Shown here in pieces: positions 30,752 to 32,000 of a DNA stretch of 32,000 nucleotides. Every line of letters starts with the position of its first letter. The first letter of the stretch is position 1. Source of the stretch: Candidatus Methylomirabilis limnetica (GTDB taxonomy: Bacteria; Methylomirabilota; Methylomirabilia; Methylomirabilales; Methylomirabilaceae); the NCBI RefSeq assembly GCF_003044035.1, contig NZ_NVQC01000007.1:25454-57453 (forward strand), in the 5' to 3' direction. Position numbers and translations under genes: made by a program. The notes under the pieces were generated by a model. It saw only the letters and a program-made list of their open reading frames with translations, was not told the DNA's origin and ran no database searches.

Positions 30752-31651
30752 ATGACACAGAAACCGCAGCAGTTTACTGAGACCGACCTGCTCCTCGGCG
30801 CCCATATGTCGATCGCGGGAGGGGTCGATCTGGCGCCACTGAGGGGCCAGCAGGTTGGCTGTCGGACCATCCAGCTTTTCACCAAAAGTAGCAACCAGTG
30901 GCGGGCCAGGTCCTTGCCCTCCGAAGAGATCGACCGCTTCCGCACGAATCTTCAAGCTGCGGCAATCGCTCCTGCCGTGGCCCACGGCGCCTACCTGATC
31001 AATCTGGCCTCCACCGACCCCGCGTTGCATCAGAGGTCGATGGCAGCATGCCTGGAGGAGCTCGAGCGGGCCGAGGCGCTGGGCATCCCATATCTGGTGA
31101 TCCATCCAGGTGCCCACATGGGGGCCGGCGAGGATGCGGGGTTACGACAGGTGGCGAACAGTCTCCGGGAGCTCTTGAAGCGGACGAAGGGCTGTCGCGT
31201 CCAGGTAGTTCTCGAGACGACCGCCGGCCAGGGAACCGCCCTGGGGCACCGCTTCGAGCATCTCGCGCTGCTCCTGGATCAGATCGGTCTCCCGGAGCGG
31301 ACCGGTGTCTGCATGGATACCTGCCACCTGTTTGCCGCCGGCTACGACATCCGGACCCTCGACGATTATCACGGCGTCCTGCGTGCGTTCGATCAGATCG
31401 TAGGCATGCCCTCCCTCAAGGTCATTCACGTCAACGACTGCAAGAAGGAGCTGGGATGTCGCGTGGACCGTCACGAGCACATCGGCAAAGGAACGATCGG
31501 TCTCGAGGCGTTCCGCTACCTGGTCACTGATCCTCGCCTACGTGGCATCCCGATGATCATCGAAACCCCGAAGGGCAGCGACTTCGTCACAGCCGATCGC
31601 CGAAATCTGGAGACCCTTCGAGGTCTCGCGGAGGAGCAGCGGGCTGAGTGA
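30752..31651 (+). CDS. nfo: Deoxyribonuclease IV (endonuclease IV, AP endonuclease family 2)
   Basis: 299 aa. LLLGAHMSIAGG..., VAHGAYLINLAS, YLVIHPGAH, VVLETTAGQG, VCMDTCHLFAAGYD, IHVNDCKKELGCRVDRHEHIGKGTIG cover the metal-ligand motifs. Confidence 0.92.
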   Translation: MTQKPQQFTETDLLLGAHMSIAGGVDLAPLRGQQVGCRTIQLFTKSSNQWRARSLPSEEIDRFRTNLQAAAIAPAVAHGAYLINLASTDPALHQRSMAACLEELERAEALGIPYLVIHPGAHMGAGEDAGLRQVANSLRELLKRTKGCRVQVVLETTAGQGTALGHRFEHLALLLDQIGLPERTGVCMDTCHLFAAGYDIRTLDDYHGVLRAFDQIVGMPSLKVIHVNDCKKELGCRVDRHEHIGKGTIGLEAFRYLVTDPRLRGIPMIIETPKGSDFVTADRRNLETLRGLAEEQRAE

Positions 31652-31694
31652 TAGTCTACCGTGCAACTTCATTGATCGCTCCGTCATTACCGGG

Positions 31695-31862
31695 GTAACC
31701 ATTCAGTGATGCGCGGGAAAATCATTAAAGAAAATGTGGTATTTTTTATAAAATCCCCCTTAATCCCCCTTAATCCCCCTTTTTCAAAGGGGGAAACGGT
31801 TAGTCCCCCTCTTTGGAAAAGAGGGGCTAGGGGAGATTTTCCACCCGTAACTGAATGGTTAC
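31695..31862. mobile_element. MITE copy 2 (168 bp, inverted relative to copy 1, 8-bp TSD TTACCGGG)
   Basis: TIR GTAACCATTCAGT 31695-31707 / ACTGAATGGTTAC 31850-31862. Direct repeats TTACCGGG lie at 31687-31694 and 31863-31870. One extra GGGGGATTAA unit accounts for the length difference from copy 1. Confidence 0.85.
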
Positions 31863-31902
31863 TTACCGGGAAGGGGGTGCACGACAGATTTTTGAGATAA
31901 GG

Positions 31903-32000
31903 TCATCCGGCAGCCGCCGCCGCTGACCGCCGTTCCCAGAAGTCCTCGAAGCGGCCGCTGAGTTTGGCGCAACGCAGGGCGATGATGGCATTGGCCCCGC
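31903..32000 (-). CDS. 3' end of an unidentified CDS (partial)
   Basis: Open minus-strand frame ...GANAIIALRCAKLSGRFEDFWERRSAAAAAG ending at TGA (31903-31905). It is too short to assign. Confidence 0.3.
   Translation of the reverse strand, partial: GANAIIALRCAKLSGRFEDFWERRSAAAAAG

Noticed and set aside
31706-31900. 64-aa ORF (PPFSKGETVSPPLWKRGARGDFP); the similar peptide at the N-terminus of the 4218..4445 ORF
   Set aside because: It is encoded entirely by the MITE/REP G/C-tract hairpins, and the same sequence occurs inverted at 18.2 kb. It is not a gene.

Overview
GC-rich bacterial chromosomal window. The taxon cannot be assigned from the sequence alone. Coding density is high, and the long antisense ORFs in the track are GC artefacts. 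No rRNA, tRNA or CRISPR array was seen by eye. (1) 1-9077, minus strand: a type II secretion/pseudopilus locus, gspE | terminator plus ~600 bp repeat-rich spacer | gspF-G-H-I-J-K-L-M(partial). Genes G to M are translationally coupled by 4-14 nt overlaps. No secretin, GspC or prepilin peptidase lies in the window. Two long heptamer-palindrome elements sit exactly on the I/J and J/K junctions. (2) 9.5-16.1 kb, plus strand: the most unusual content, a RiPP-like operon. Four precursor ORFs absent from the track carry a lasso-type leader motif but only 6-8 aa cores. The operon has lasso B1 (PqqD) and B2 (Cys protease), an HprK-like kinase and a nucleotidyltransferase, but no lasso cyclase. In its place are a stand-alone Mur ligase resembling the cyanophycin synthetase M domain and a radical SAM/SPASM enzyme. 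(3) 16.2-22.4 kb: SDR, SnoaL-like and ABM proteins, then a heterodimeric ABC exporter pair whose first gene appears to be ATT-initiated. (4) 22.6-29 kb: a decayed accessory island. It holds a type I R-M remnant (YgjP-like protease intact, HsdR collapsed, AlbA_2-type gene 5'-truncated) and two TA modules (vapBC, phd-relE). It also holds two nearly identical inverted-repeat-bounded four-helix-bundle (23S rRNA IVS protein family) cassettes, tandem 109-bp cassette stumps, a multi-hit AmmeMemoRadiSam radical SAM pseudogene and a TPP-enzyme stump. (5) 29-32 kb: PP-loop ATPase, cupin, small ORF, endonuclease IV. A 159-168 bp MITE with 13-bp TIRs and 8-bp TSDs occurs twice, at 18.2 and 31.7 kb.
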